From Spirochaetia bacterium (GTDB lineage: Bacteria > Spirochaetota > Spirochaetia > SZUA-6 > Bin103): a DNA stretch of 64,000 nucleotides. How positions within the stretch are numbered: position 1 is the first letter of the stretch; the number at the start of each line of letters is the position of its first letter. The translations under genes and the position numbers were made by a program. The stretch lies in contig OZ241863.1 of the NCBI GenBank assembly GCA_965203055.1, positions 3,034,545 to 3,098,544 on the forward strand, in the 5' to 3' direction. Of the stretch, positions 1 through 9,073 are shown piece after piece. The notes beneath the pieces were generated by a model. The model searched no databases. It saw only the letters and a program-made list of their open reading frames with translations, and was not told where the DNA came from.

Positions 1-529
1 GGTTCTGATACTTCAGGTAGTAGGCGTGCTCCCACACGTCCATGCCCAGCAGCGGGGTGTCGCCCTGCATCAGCGGGCTGTCCTGATTGGCGGTGCTGTA
101 TACGGCCACGCCGCCGCCGCTGCTCTTGACCAGCCAGGCCCAGCCGCTGCCGAAGCGCTTGGTGCCGGCGTCGGCGAACTTCTCCTTGAAGCCCGCGAAG
201 CTGCCGCAGGCCTGGTTGATGGCGTTGGCCAGGGCGCCGCTCGGCTCCCCGCCGCCGTCCGGTCCCATCACCGACCAGAACAGGCTATGGTTGGCGTGAC
301 CGCCGCCGTTGTTCTGCACCGCGGTGCGGATGTCGGCCGGCACCTGCGAAATGTCGCGCAGCAGCTTCTCGATGCTCCAACTCTCGAACTCGGTGCCGCC
401 CACCGCGGCGTTGAGGTTGGTCACGTAGGTGGCGTGATGCTTGTCGTGGTGGATGGTCATGGTCTGCGCATCGATGTGCGGTTCCAGGGCGTCGTAGGCG
501 TAGGGCAGGGGCGGCGTCTCAAAGGCCAT
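1..529 (-). CDS. Fe/Mn superoxide dismutase; 3' end runs off the window
   Basis: Reverse-complement translation gives [36 protein letters not shown]...[15 protein letters not shown], the canonical Fe/Mn-SOD signature. The ATG is the complement of 527-529. This frame is not in the ORF track because it lacks an in-window stop. Confidence 0.9.
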   Translation of the reverse strand, partial: MAFETPPLPYAYDALEPHIDAQTMTIHHDKHHATYVTNLNAAVGGTEFESWSIEKLLRDISQVPADIRTAVQNNGGGHANHSLFWSVMGPDGGGEPSGALANAINQACGSFAGFKEKFADAGTKRFGSGWAWLVKSSGGGVAVYSTANQDSPLMQGDTPLLGMDVWEHAYYLKYQN

Positions 530-629
530 CTGCAACTCCTCGTAACGGGTATTTTCGAAAGAGGCGTGGATTTCCGGGCCAAGCCGGCGCGCCTCAACGC
601 GGCAAAAGTATCAGCCCGCCCGTAACCGG

Positions 630-1787
630 TCAAGGTTGCTGCGGCGCCGCGGCGCCCTCGGCGGCGGCGGCGGCGAGCGCCAGTTCTTCGTCGATGACCT
701 CCGCCAAGCGCTCGAACCGCACCGCTCCTCCGCCCAGCGAGCGGCCGTTCACGAACAGCGCGGGGGTGCCCGTGACCCCGGCCGCGGTGCCGGCGCGCAG
801 GTCGGCGCGCACCGCCGCGTAGTACCGGTCCGAATCGAGGCAGCGGTCGAAGGCCGCGCCGTCCAGCCCCAGCCGGCGCGCCATCTCCTTGAGGGAGGAA
901 ACTTCGAGCGAGTCCTGCTCGGCGAACATCAGGTCGTGCAGCTCCCAGAACTTGCCCTGCTCCCGGGCGCACGACGCTGCTTCCGCCGCCTTTTGGGCAT
1001 GGGGATGGATCGCGTCGAGCGGAAAGTGGCGGTAGACGATGCGCAGCTTGCCGGCATAGTCCCGCTTGGCGCGCTCCAGAGTCGGCAGCAGGCGGGCGCA
1101 GAACGGACACTGGAAGTCGGAGAACTCGACGACGGTCACCGGCGCGTCCGGCGGCCCGAACGCGGCGAAGCCGTCGGCGGCCACCTCGAAGCGCAGCGGA
1201 CCGAGCCGGTACTGCGCGCCGAAGCGCTGCTCCAGGCCGGCGTAGAACCGCTCCTCGGCCCGGCTCAGCGCCTGCTCCTCCAGGTAGGAGCGGATCTGGC
1301 CGGCGACCTGCGCCAGCGGGTAGGGGATGCGCTCCTGGTTCTGCAGGTAGAACGCTTCGATCGCCTCCTGCTCCACCGGCTGCGCCTCCCGGCGGAGGCC
1401 CGCTTCCAGCGCCGCGCGCGTCTCGCCGGTGCGGGCGCTTTCGAGCGCGAGCAGGCGGTCGCGCACGATCCCGCGCAACACCGACTGCAGCGCCTCGTGG
1501 CGGCCGCGCCAGGCGTCGCTCTCGCAGCGCAGGCGCGTCAGCTCGTTCTGTTCCAACGCCGGCGCAGCCGCGGCCAGCAGCTCGGCCCGGTCGATGCTCT
1601 CGGCCCCGATGCTCGCTACGACCGCTGCGGCCTCATCCTCGGCGGCCAGCGGGAGCGCGGCGGCCAGCAGCAGGCCGACGGCCAGCAGGAAACCGCCGCC
1701 GCAACGCCGCGGCCGCGCCGCCAGCCACGCTGCCGGCACGTCAGCGGTCCATCTTGGGAAAGTTATTTCCACGGTCATGCGGCTCAT
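630..1787 (-). CDS. DsbA-family thiol:disulfide oxidoreductase (thioredoxin fold), secreted or membrane-anchored
   Basis: 385 aa ORF with an N-terminal hydrophobic segment (GGGFLLAVGLLLAAALPLAA), a CPFC active-site motif and DsbA-like sequence context (FSDFQCPFCARL). Confidence 0.75.
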   Translation of the reverse strand: MSRMTVEITFPRWTADVPAAWLAARPRRCGGGFLLAVGLLLAAALPLAAEDEAAAVVASIGAESIDRAELLAAAAPALEQNELTRLRCESDAWRGRHEALQSVLRGIVRDRLLALESARTGETRAALEAGLRREAQPVEQEAIEAFYLQNQERIPYPLAQVAGQIRSYLEEQALSRAEERFYAGLEQRFGAQYRLGPLRFEVAADGFAAFGPPDAPVTVVEFSDFQCPFCARLLPTLERAKRDYAGKLRIVYRHFPLDAIHPHAQKAAEAASCAREQGKFWELHDLMFAEQDSLEVSSLKEMARRLGLDGAAFDRCLDSDRYYAAVRADLRAGTAAGVTGTPALFVNGRSLGGGAVRFERLAEVIDEELALAAAAAEGAAAPQQP

Positions 1788-1815
1788 GGCGATATTACTC
1801 TACTTCTTGCCGGGA

Positions 1816-2454
1816 TCAGGCGCCGGCGCTCTGTTCCGGGACGGCGTCCGCGTCCAGTTCGATGTCGAAGACCGTGCCGATCTGGTCGTCGGCCAGGGTG
1901 TCGGCGGCGGCGCCGGCGGGCAGCTCCAACTGCGCGGAGATCAACTCGGCGGGATCGACCCCGCGCAGGCGAAACAGCAGTTCCGGGCTGGCGTCCAGTC
2001 GATTGCCGATGCCGTAGAGCGCCGCGGCGACGTGCTTGCACATGCTCGCCCAGTCGGGGCAACTGCACTGCAGCGTAATCTCGCGCGGCTTGGGGAACAA
2101 GCCGCGGGCGGGATCGGTCACCACCGCCATCACTTCGTCGGACAATGAGCCGCGCAACAGCTCCAGGAGCGAGCCGATCTGGCCGGCGCAACGGGTCTTG
2201 ATCGCCTGCCAAGCGGCATCCGGCAGCGGCTTGACCCGGACCGTGACGGCGTAGGGGCGCGGCCGCGAGCCGCTGACCTTGGCCTTCACCCGGCCCGGCT
2301 CGATCTCCAGATTCAGGATCGAACCGCGGCGCGCGTAGGTGCGGCCGCGCGGCAGCCGGTTGGCGAAGTCGGAGAACGACTCCAGATGCGCGCACCAGCG
2401 CCGCCCCCAGAAGCTGCGCGCAATGAGATTGCCTTTGATCGTGATCGGCTCCAT
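1816..2454 (-). CDS. SWIM zinc-finger domain protein
   Basis: 212 aa with a CxC...CxH SWIM signature (LQCSCPDWASMCKH). It lies immediately downstream of the SNF2 helicase on the same strand with an 18 bp gap. Confidence 0.75.
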   Translation of the reverse strand: MEPITIKGNLIARSFWGRRWCAHLESFSDFANRLPRGRTYARRGSILNLEIEPGRVKAKVSGSRPRPYAVTVRVKPLPDAAWQAIKTRCAGQIGSLLELLRGSLSDEVMAVVTDPARGLFPKPREITLQCSCPDWASMCKHVAAALYGIGNRLDASPELLFRLRGVDPAELISAQLELPAGAAADTLADDQIGTVFDIELDADAVPEQSAGA

Positions 2455-2471
2455 CGTTTTCCCGCTCCTTC

Positions 2472-5189
2472 CTACTCCGCGGCGCGGGATACGTCCAGCC
2501 GCACCAGTTCCAGCAGCTCGTCGTCGGGCAGTTCGGTCAGGTTGATCTCCCCGCCGCCGGCCCCGGCGCCGGGCAGCAGGTCGGCCGCCAACTGCCGCTT
2601 GTCGCGGATCAGGCTATCGATCCGCTCCTCCACCGTGCCGCGGGTAATGAACTTGTGCACCAGGACGTTGCGCCGCTGGCCGATGCGGAAGGCGCGGTCG
2701 GTGGCCTGGTCTTCCACCGCCGGATTCCACCAGCGGTCGAAGTGGATCACGTGCGACGCCGCGGTCAGGTTCAGACCGGTGCCGCCGGCCTTCAGCGACA
2801 GCACCAGAAACGGCGGGCCGTCGTCGCGCTGGAACCGCTCCACCACGGCGCGGCGCTGCTTGACGCTCGTGCCGCCGTGCAGCGCCAGCCCGGCGGCGCG
2901 GAACAGAGTCGCCAGATAGTCGGCGAGCGGATCGATGATCTCCCGATATTGGGTGAAGATCAGCGCCTTCTCCTGGCGGTCCGCGAGTTCCTCGCAGATT
3001 TCCGCCAGGCGCTGGAACTTGCCGCTTGCCGCCGGGGCGTACTCGCCGTCGCCGGAGAGTTGGCTGGGGTGATTGCACACCTGCTTCAGGCGCAGCAGCG
3101 ACGCCAGCACCAGACCGCGCCGCGCCATGCGGTCGCCCGACTCGGCGGATTCCAGGGCGCGCTGCAGGGCCTGCACCACCTGCTGGTAGAGTCGGACCTG
3201 CGCCGGCGAGAGCTGGCAGTAGCGGGCGGTTTCGGTCTTCTCCGGCAGGTCGGCGATGATGCTGCGGTCGGTCTTGAGCCGGCGCAGGAGGTAGGGGCTC
3301 ACCAGCCGGCGCAACGGCGCGAACGGTTGCTGCGCCCGCGCCTGCAGGGTCTTGACGAAGGCGCGGAACACGCTTTGCGAGCCGAGCAGTCCGGGATTGA
3401 GGAAGTCGAACAGCGCCCACAGGTCGCCGAGCCGGTTTTCGACCGGCGTACCGGTCAGGGCCACGCGGGCGTCCGCGGGCAGCGCTCGGGCGGCGCGGCT
3501 CTGCCGGGTGGCCGGGTTTCTGATCGCCTGCGCCTCGTCCAGGATCACCAGCCGCCAGCGGATCTCCGCCAGCCAACTCTGGCGTACCAACATGGCGTAG
3601 GTGGTAACGACCAGGTCGGCGGCGGCCAGATGCTTCCGCGGCGCCGCGGCGATCTCCGCCAGGATCTGGCGGTCGTTCTCGGCCGGATGGAGGAAGCAGA
3701 GCCGCAGGGAGGGCGCGAACCGCTCCGCTTCGGCGCGCCAGTTGCCCAGCAGCGACGCCGGCACGACCAGCAGGGCGGGAGCGCGCCGCCGGGCTCCGTT
3801 CGCGGGCCGGTCGCACAGCAGCAGGGCCAGCACCTGGATCGTCTTGCCGAGCCCCATGTCGTCGGCCAGACAGGCGCCGAACCCCAGCCGGGTCAAAAAG
3901 TGCAACCAGGCCAGCCCGGCGCGTTGATAGGGCCGCAGCGTTCCCTGCAGGGCGGCGCCCAGTTCCGCTTCGCGCCGCTCCGAGCCGCCCGGCTGGCGCA
4001 GCCCGGCCAGCAGCTCGCGCATTGCGGCGCCGGCTTCGATCCGCACCCACGGCCGGTCGGCTTCGGTCTGTTCCTCCTGCTGCAGGTCGGCGGAGGCGCC
4101 GGCCAGCAGTCGCATCCCTTCGATGAAGGAGAGGCCGTCGCCGCCCGCCTGCTCCTGCAATGCTTCCCAGTGGGAGATCGCCTGTTGCAACCGTTCGCGG
4201 TCCACCTCCACCCACTGGTTGCGCAGCTGAACCAGGTTGCCCGCGCCGTCCCGCAACTCCTGCAGTTCAGCCGCCGACAGCGCGCGGTCGCCCAGGGCTA
4301 CCTCGACCTTGAAGTCTAGCATCGCCGCGGCGTCCACCCGCGCCGGGGTCTCCGTGCCGATCGTCACCGCCACCCGCGGCCGGGGCCGTTTGCGCCACCA
4401 GTTCGGCACCCGTACCGACAAGCCGCACCGCTCCAGATCGGGCACGCTCTGCAGGAAGCGGTAGGCCTGCTCGGGCGGCCACGTCAGCGCGCCATAGAGG
4501 TTGCCCGAGCCCGCCAGTTCCCGCACCCAGGAGCATGCCTTGGCAGCTTCCTCCACCGGCGACAGCAGCTTGAGCAGCGCGGCCCGGTCGTCCGCTCCGG
4601 CGTACTGTTGCAGGGCGTTGCGCAGCGGCGCGTGCTTCAACCGGCCGCCGGCGCCGAAGCCGGTGGAGTAGGTGGCCAGAAACGCGAACGGGCGCTCCTC
4701 ATCGGCGCGGTTCTCGGCCAGGTGAAAGCAGACCCGGCCCACCTGATGCCAGCGCGGCGCCCGCCGGCTCAGCAGCTCCTCCAGGCCGCCGGCCTCCGCC
4801 GCGGCGGCGCGGACCCACTGGCCGAGTTGCTCCCACAGCCGCTGCAGGAGCTCCGGCGACAGGTACTCTCCGCCCTCCATCGGCGGGGCGGTGAGCATCC
4901 AGGCCGCGCACTGGGCGGCGGTCGGCGGCGCCGCCAGGGGACATGCGGAATCCGGCCCCGCGGCCGCCGGCAGGTGGCACAAGGCGGTGAGATACTGCTC
5001 GGCGAATTGCTGCCAGTAGCGCAGCGCCGGGAACTCCTGCGCCGGCAGCCGTTCGGCCGCCAGGGTGAACAGCGCGCTGCGCCAGTCGCTCCGCATCGCC
5101 TCCGGGACGCCGCCCAGTTCGGCCGGCGCCGGCGCGTCCGCGGCCGGCTCCCAGCGCAACTGGCCGGCCGGCGTCAGCCGCACGCTCAT
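2472..5189 (-). CDS. SNF2-family DEAD/DEAH-box helicase with a long N-terminal SNF2-associated region
   Basis: 905 aa. Helicase motifs: LADDMGLGKT (motif I), DEAQAIRN (motif II), and the helicase-C motif FRIGQRRNVLVHKF. Partner of the SWIM protein. Confidence 0.85.
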   Translation of the reverse strand: MSVRLTPAGQLRWEPAADAPAPAELGGVPEAMRSDWRSALFTLAAERLPAQEFPALRYWQQFAEQYLTALCHLPAAAGPDSACPLAAPPTAAQCAAWMLTAPPMEGGEYLSPELLQRLWEQLGQWVRAAAAEAGGLEELLSRRAPRWHQVGRVCFHLAENRADEERPFAFLATYSTGFGAGGRLKHAPLRNALQQYAGADDRAALLKLLSPVEEAAKACSWVRELAGSGNLYGALTWPPEQAYRFLQSVPDLERCGLSVRVPNWWRKRPRPRVAVTIGTETPARVDAAAMLDFKVEVALGDRALSAAELQELRDGAGNLVQLRNQWVEVDRERLQQAISHWEALQEQAGGDGLSFIEGMRLLAGASADLQQEEQTEADRPWVRIEAGAAMRELLAGLRQPGGSERREAELGAALQGTLRPYQRAGLAWLHFLTRLGFGACLADDMGLGKTIQVLALLLCDRPANGARRRAPALLVVPASLLGNWRAEAERFAPSLRLCFLHPAENDRQILAEIAAAPRKHLAAADLVVTTYAMLVRQSWLAEIRWRLVILDEAQAIRNPATRQSRAARALPADARVALTGTPVENRLGDLWALFDFLNPGLLGSQSVFRAFVKTLQARAQQPFAPLRRLVSPYLLRRLKTDRSIIADLPEKTETARYCQLSPAQVRLYQQVVQALQRALESAESGDRMARRGLVLASLLRLKQVCNHPSQLSGDGEYAPAASGKFQRLAEICEELADRQEKALIFTQYREIIDPLADYLATLFRAAGLALHGGTSVKQRRAVVERFQRDDGPPFLVLSLKAGGTGLNLTAASHVIHFDRWWNPAVEDQATDRAFRIGQRRNVLVHKFITRGTVEERIDSLIRDKRQLAADLLPGAGAGGGEINLTELPDDELLELVRLDVSRAAE

Positions 5190-5249
5190 CGCGCGCTCGC
5201 CGGCTGCGTTGGGCCGCCCCTCACCGCCCCGGCGGCAGGCAACGGAAGA

Positions 5250-7067
5250 TCACTGGCTGGCGACCAGGGTACCGTCGCGCCCGACGGCGAGGAGCCGGGA
5301 ACCGTTCCAGGCAACGCTCAGGAGCGGAGTCGGGATCACGGGACCGGCCGCCTGCGCCCAGGAGATGCCGTCGCTGCTGTGCAGCACCACCGCGCCGGTG
5401 TATGCGCCGTCCCGGTCTTCGGTCTCGCCGACGGCGACGAAGCGCGTCCCGTTCCAGATCACGTCGTAGAGAAAGTGAGTCACCGGGGAGGGACTCGCGG
5501 TCCAGTCGATCCCGTCGCTGCTGCGCAGGATCGTGCCGCCCTCCCCGACCGCGACGAACTGCGCGCCGCCCCAGGCGAGGCCGTCGAGAATGTTCTCCGT
5601 CGGCGAGGCCGCCGCCGTCCAGTCGCTGCCGTCGCCGCTGTAGATGACCGCTCCGTCGAACCCTACCGCTACGAAGCGGGAACCGTTCCACTCCACGTCG
5701 GTAAGGTGGCTCGACACCGGGCTGGCGGTCTCGCTCCAGTGCACGCCGTCGTCGCTGCGCAGGATGATGCCGTCGCCGTCGCCCCAGTTCCCGCCCACGG
5801 CGACGAAGCGCGCGCCGTCGGTGGCGACCGCCTGCAGCGGTACGGCCTTGTCCGGCGTCGCCGCGGCCGTCCAGACGATCCCGTCGCTGCCGTACAGGAT
5901 GGTGCTGCCGCGCCGCCAGTAGCCGCCGACCGCGACCAGGCGGGCGCCGTCGCCGGCCACGTCGAACAGCCGCTCCGAGGTGGGGCTGACGGCCGCGGTC
6001 CAGGCGCTGCCGTCGCTGCTGTAGGCGATCGTGCCGTCGAACCCCACGGCGATGAACCGGGAGCCGGTCCAGACCACGGCCTCCGGCAGGTTCACCACCG
6101 GCTTGGCCGCGGCCGTCCAGACGATCCCGTCGCCGCTATGCAGGATCGTGCTGCCCATCCCCACCGCCGCGAAGCGGGCGCCGCTCCAGGCCACGCCCCA
6201 CAGCGGCTCCGGCGTCGGGACAGCGGCTGCGGTCCAGGTCGTGCCGTCGTCGCTGTAGAGCGCGGCGCCGTCGAACCCGACCGCGACGAAGCGCTCCCCG
6301 CCCCAGGCGGCGCCGTAGAGCCAGGAGGTAACCGGCGTGGCGGCGGGCACCCAGACGACCCCGTCGGCGCTGGACAGGATCACGCCGTTCGTCCCCGCGG
6401 CGAGGAAGCGGGAGCCGGCCCACGCCACGCTGTTGAGGCGCACCGCCGTGGGGCTGGGCACCGCGCGCCAGGCGCTGCCGTCGCCGCTGACCAGCACGGT
6501 GCCGTCCAGGCCTACCGCGACGAAGCGCCCGCCGCCCCAGGCCACCCCGCGCAGATCGTGTTGCGTCGGATTTGTGGCGGCGGTCCAACTGCGGCCGTCG
6601 CCGTATACGATCACCCCGTCCGAACCGACCGCCGCGAAGCGCCCGCCGCCCCAGGCCACGGCGCGCAGATTGACGTCGGTCGGGCTCGGCGCCGCGGTCC
6701 ACGCCAGCCCGTCGCCGCTGCGCAGCGTCACGCCGCGATTGCCTACCGCGACGAAGCGCCCGCCGCCCCAGGCCACCCCGCTCAGCGTGTCATGCACCGG
6801 CGCGGCGGCCTTCGCCCACTCGATCCCGTCGCTGCTGTGCGCGATGCCGCCGAACGACCCGACCGCGACGAAGCGCGCGCCGTTCCAGACCACCTCCCGG
6901 AAATGGGACGAGGCGCCTTCCCGCATGATCCTCCAGTCGCCTTCCGCCTGCTGCCCGCTGGTCTCCGCATACCCCGCCGCGGCCGCCGCCAGCATGATGG
7001 CCAGCGGACCAATGATCTTCAGGAAAGAGAGCCGCGGCGCTGCGGAGCGCGCTCGCGCCAAGTCCAT
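5250..7067 (-). CDS. secreted BNR/Asp-box repeat beta-propeller protein
   Basis: About 13 repeats of roughly 40 aa, each with an Asp-box SxDxGxxW (SSDGIDWT, SDDGTTWT, SGDGSAW) plus VAWGGGRFVAVG. Signal-peptide-like N-terminus MDLARARSAAPRLSFLKIIGPLAIMLAAAAAGYA. Start chosen at the internal Met at 7067, not the 7637 ORF-track start, which would overlap the + strand ATPase. Confidence 0.7.
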   Translation of the reverse strand: MDLARARSAAPRLSFLKIIGPLAIMLAAAAAGYAETSGQQAEGDWRIMREGASSHFREVVWNGARFVAVGSFGGIAHSSDGIEWAKAAAPVHDTLSGVAWGGGRFVAVGNRGVTLRSGDGLAWTAAPSPTDVNLRAVAWGGGRFAAVGSDGVIVYGDGRSWTAATNPTQHDLRGVAWGGGRFVAVGLDGTVLVSGDGSAWRAVPSPTAVRLNSVAWAGSRFLAAGTNGVILSSADGVVWVPAATPVTSWLYGAAWGGERFVAVGFDGAALYSDDGTTWTAAAVPTPEPLWGVAWSGARFAAVGMGSTILHSGDGIVWTAAAKPVVNLPEAVVWTGSRFIAVGFDGTIAYSSDGSAWTAAVSPTSERLFDVAGDGARLVAVGGYWRRGSTILYGSDGIVWTAAATPDKAVPLQAVATDGARFVAVGGNWGDGDGIILRSDDGVHWSETASPVSSHLTDVEWNGSRFVAVGFDGAVIYSGDGSDWTAAASPTENILDGLAWGGAQFVAVGEGGTILRSSDGIDWTASPSPVTHFLYDVIWNGTRFVAVGETEDRDGAYTGAVVLHSSDGISWAQAAGPVIPTPLLSVAWNGSRLLAVGRDGTLVASQ

Positions 7068-7196
7068 CACTGCTGTGTGCAAGAAATCCTCCGTCGGGAC
7101 CAGTAACGGCCAGCGCGGCCAGCGCCGGCAGCGGCAATTGCCGGCCGCGCACCTATCTTGAAGAAAATGCACCAGCCATGCAACTATGGAGAAACC

Positions 7197-8384
7197 ATGA
7201 GCCACGTCAAAGAGCTCAAGCAACACAGCCGACAGGAAGCGCAGGCAGGGATGTCGGACAACGGCGCATCGGCAGGTCCGCGACCGCGGCTGAAGAGCGT
7301 CAAGGTCAAGGGGTTCCGGTCCATCAAGGAGATGGATTTGGAGATGCGGCCGCTCAACGTCTGCATCGGCGCCAACGGCGCAGGAAAGAGCAACCTCATC
7401 GCGTTCTTCAAGCTGATAAACGAAATGATGGGCGGACGACTCCAACAATACTTCGGCACGACCGGACGGGCCACCGCCAATCTGTACTTCGGACCCCGCA
7501 TAACTCCGCAAATGGAGGTGGAGCTGGACTTCGAGGTCGATAGAGGAACCAACGCGTACCGCATGAGGCTCGTTCACGCGGCCGATGACTCGGTGATCTT
7601 CGCCGATGAGTCGGTCTCCTTTCACCAGGAAGGCCATGATCTGCCTCAGCTAATGTCGTTGGGCGCCGGGCATCAGGAGACGCGTATCAGAGAGGACTCG
7701 ATATACGATCCTCTCCCGAATACCCTGAGGCACCTATTGAGTCACTGCCGCGTGTACCACTTCCACGATACGTCGCAGACTGCGCGCGTTCGCCAGTACT
7801 GTTACGTTGAGGACAGTAAGTGGCTCATGCCCGATGCAGCGAATCTTGCCGCCGTTCTCCATCGGCTGAAGACCGAGAACGAGCTGGTCTACCGGCAAAT
7901 CGTGAGGAACGTGAAACAGGTAGCGCCGTTCTTCGTGGACTTCGATCTCCAGCCTTCCGGGCGCAACAAGACCGACATCATTCTCAACTGGAGACATAGA
8001 GATTCCGATCTGGTATTTGGGCCGCATCAGCTATCCGATGGCACCTTGCGCGCAATCTGCCTGATCGCGCTGCTACGGCAGCCACACGAGGACTTGCCGT
8101 ACCTGATCGTGGTTGACGAGCCGGAGCTCGGTTTGCACCCGCATGCGCTCGACATGATCGCTTCGTTTTTTCAAGCCGCGAGCGAGCACGCCCAAGTGCT
8201 CATCAGCACGCAGTCCAGCGCGTTCGTCGACGCCTTCGATCCCGAGGACATCGTGGTGGTCGAACGAGACTGCGAAGCCACGACATTCACGCGACCCGAC
8301 GCCGAGAAACTCGGCGCGTGGCTGGAAGACTACTCGCTCGGCGAAGTATGGGAAAAGAACGTCATAGGCGGCGGACCGCACTGA
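7197..8384 (+). CDS. AAA_21/ABC-type (OLD/AbiLi/AriA-like) ATPase
   Basis: Walker A GANGAGKSN, signature-like LSDGTLRAI, Walker B LIVVDEPELGLHP. GGAG sits 7 nt before the ATG at 7197; alternative starts are 7158 (TTG) and 7251. The stop overlaps the next gene's start (TGATG). Confidence 0.8.
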   Translation: MSHVKELKQHSRQEAQAGMSDNGASAGPRPRLKSVKVKGFRSIKEMDLEMRPLNVCIGANGAGKSNLIAFFKLINEMMGGRLQQYFGTTGRATANLYFGPRITPQMEVELDFEVDRGTNAYRMRLVHAADDSVIFADESVSFHQEGHDLPQLMSLGAGHQETRIREDSIYDPLPNTLRHLLSHCRVYHFHDTSQTARVRQYCYVEDSKWLMPDAANLAAVLHRLKTENELVYRQIVRNVKQVAPFFVDFDLQPSGRNKTDIILNWRHRDSDLVFGPHQLSDGTLRAICLIALLRQPHEDLPYLIVVDEPELGLHPHALDMIASFFQAASEHAQVLISTQSSAFVDAFDPEDIVVVERDCEATTFTRPDAEKLGAWLEDYSLGEVWEKNVIGGGPH

Positions 8385-9070
8385 TGCCCCGGCTCCACCT
8401 GTTCGCCGAGGGCCGTACGGAACAGGTCTTCGCTACCCAGGTGCTGCAACCGCACTTGGCGAATTTCGACGTGTGGCTGCATAATCCGATGTTGGTGGCT
8501 CACGCGCGTAAGAAGGGCCGCACCCATCGCGGGGGAGGCCGGCATTTCGAGCCAATGCAGAACGACATCATGCGGCGCCTCAAGGAGGACGCCAACGCCG
8601 ACGTGTACTTTACGACGATGGTCGATCTGTACGCATTGTATAACGACTTTCCTGGGCGCTCGGAGGCAGAGAAGGTGCGTGCCGATCCCTATAAACGTGT
8701 GGCGTCGCTCGAAGAATCATGGCGGAAGAAGACCGCGGACAATCGCTTCATCCCTTACATTCAGTTGCACGAGTTCGAAGCGTACCTGTTTGCCGACGTG
8801 TCGAAGTTCGCCGAGTGGCAATGCCCGATCCCTGCAATCACCGCGTTGCAGAACGTGGTTAACGAGGCGAAGTCTCCGGAGAGGATCGACGACGGGCAAC
8901 ACACCGCGCCATCCAAGCGGATTATCGCCCGGTTCGGTAAGTACAAGAAATTGAAGACCACCATAGGCCCGCAGATGGCAGAGATGATCGGCTTGTCGGC
9001 CATCAGGGCGAAGTGCCCTCACTTCCACGAATGGATCAGGCGGTTGGAGCGGCTCGGAACCGGCGTGTAA
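8384..9070 (+). CDS. DUF4276-family protein (possible TOPRIM-like effector), translationally coupled to the ATPase
   Basis: About 228 aa starting MPRLHLFAEGRTEQVF. Its length and conserved N-terminal Glu resemble DUF4276/RloB/AbiLii-type partners of AAA_21 ATPases. This family call is from memory, not a search. Confidence 0.6.
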   Translation: MPRLHLFAEGRTEQVFATQVLQPHLANFDVWLHNPMLVAHARKKGRTHRGGGRHFEPMQNDIMRRLKEDANADVYFTTMVDLYALYNDFPGRSEAEKVRADPYKRVASLEESWRKKTADNRFIPYIQLHEFEAYLFADVSKFAEWQCPIPAITALQNVVNEAKSPERIDDGQHTAPSKRIIARFGKYKKLKTTIGPQMAEMIGLSAIRAKCPHFHEWIRRLERLGTGV

Positions 9071-9073
9071 CGG

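Noticed and set aside
2614-4319. 533 aa (-) and 554 aa (+) ORFs
   Set aside because: Alternative frames inside the SNF2 helicase gene. No motifs and GC-driven low-complexity translations.
4608-7106. 832 aa plus-strand ORF rich in Arg, Gly and Ala
   Set aside because: Antisense to the SNF2 and BNR-repeat genes. The low-complexity composition is typical of spurious ORFs on the non-coding strand of GC-rich DNA.
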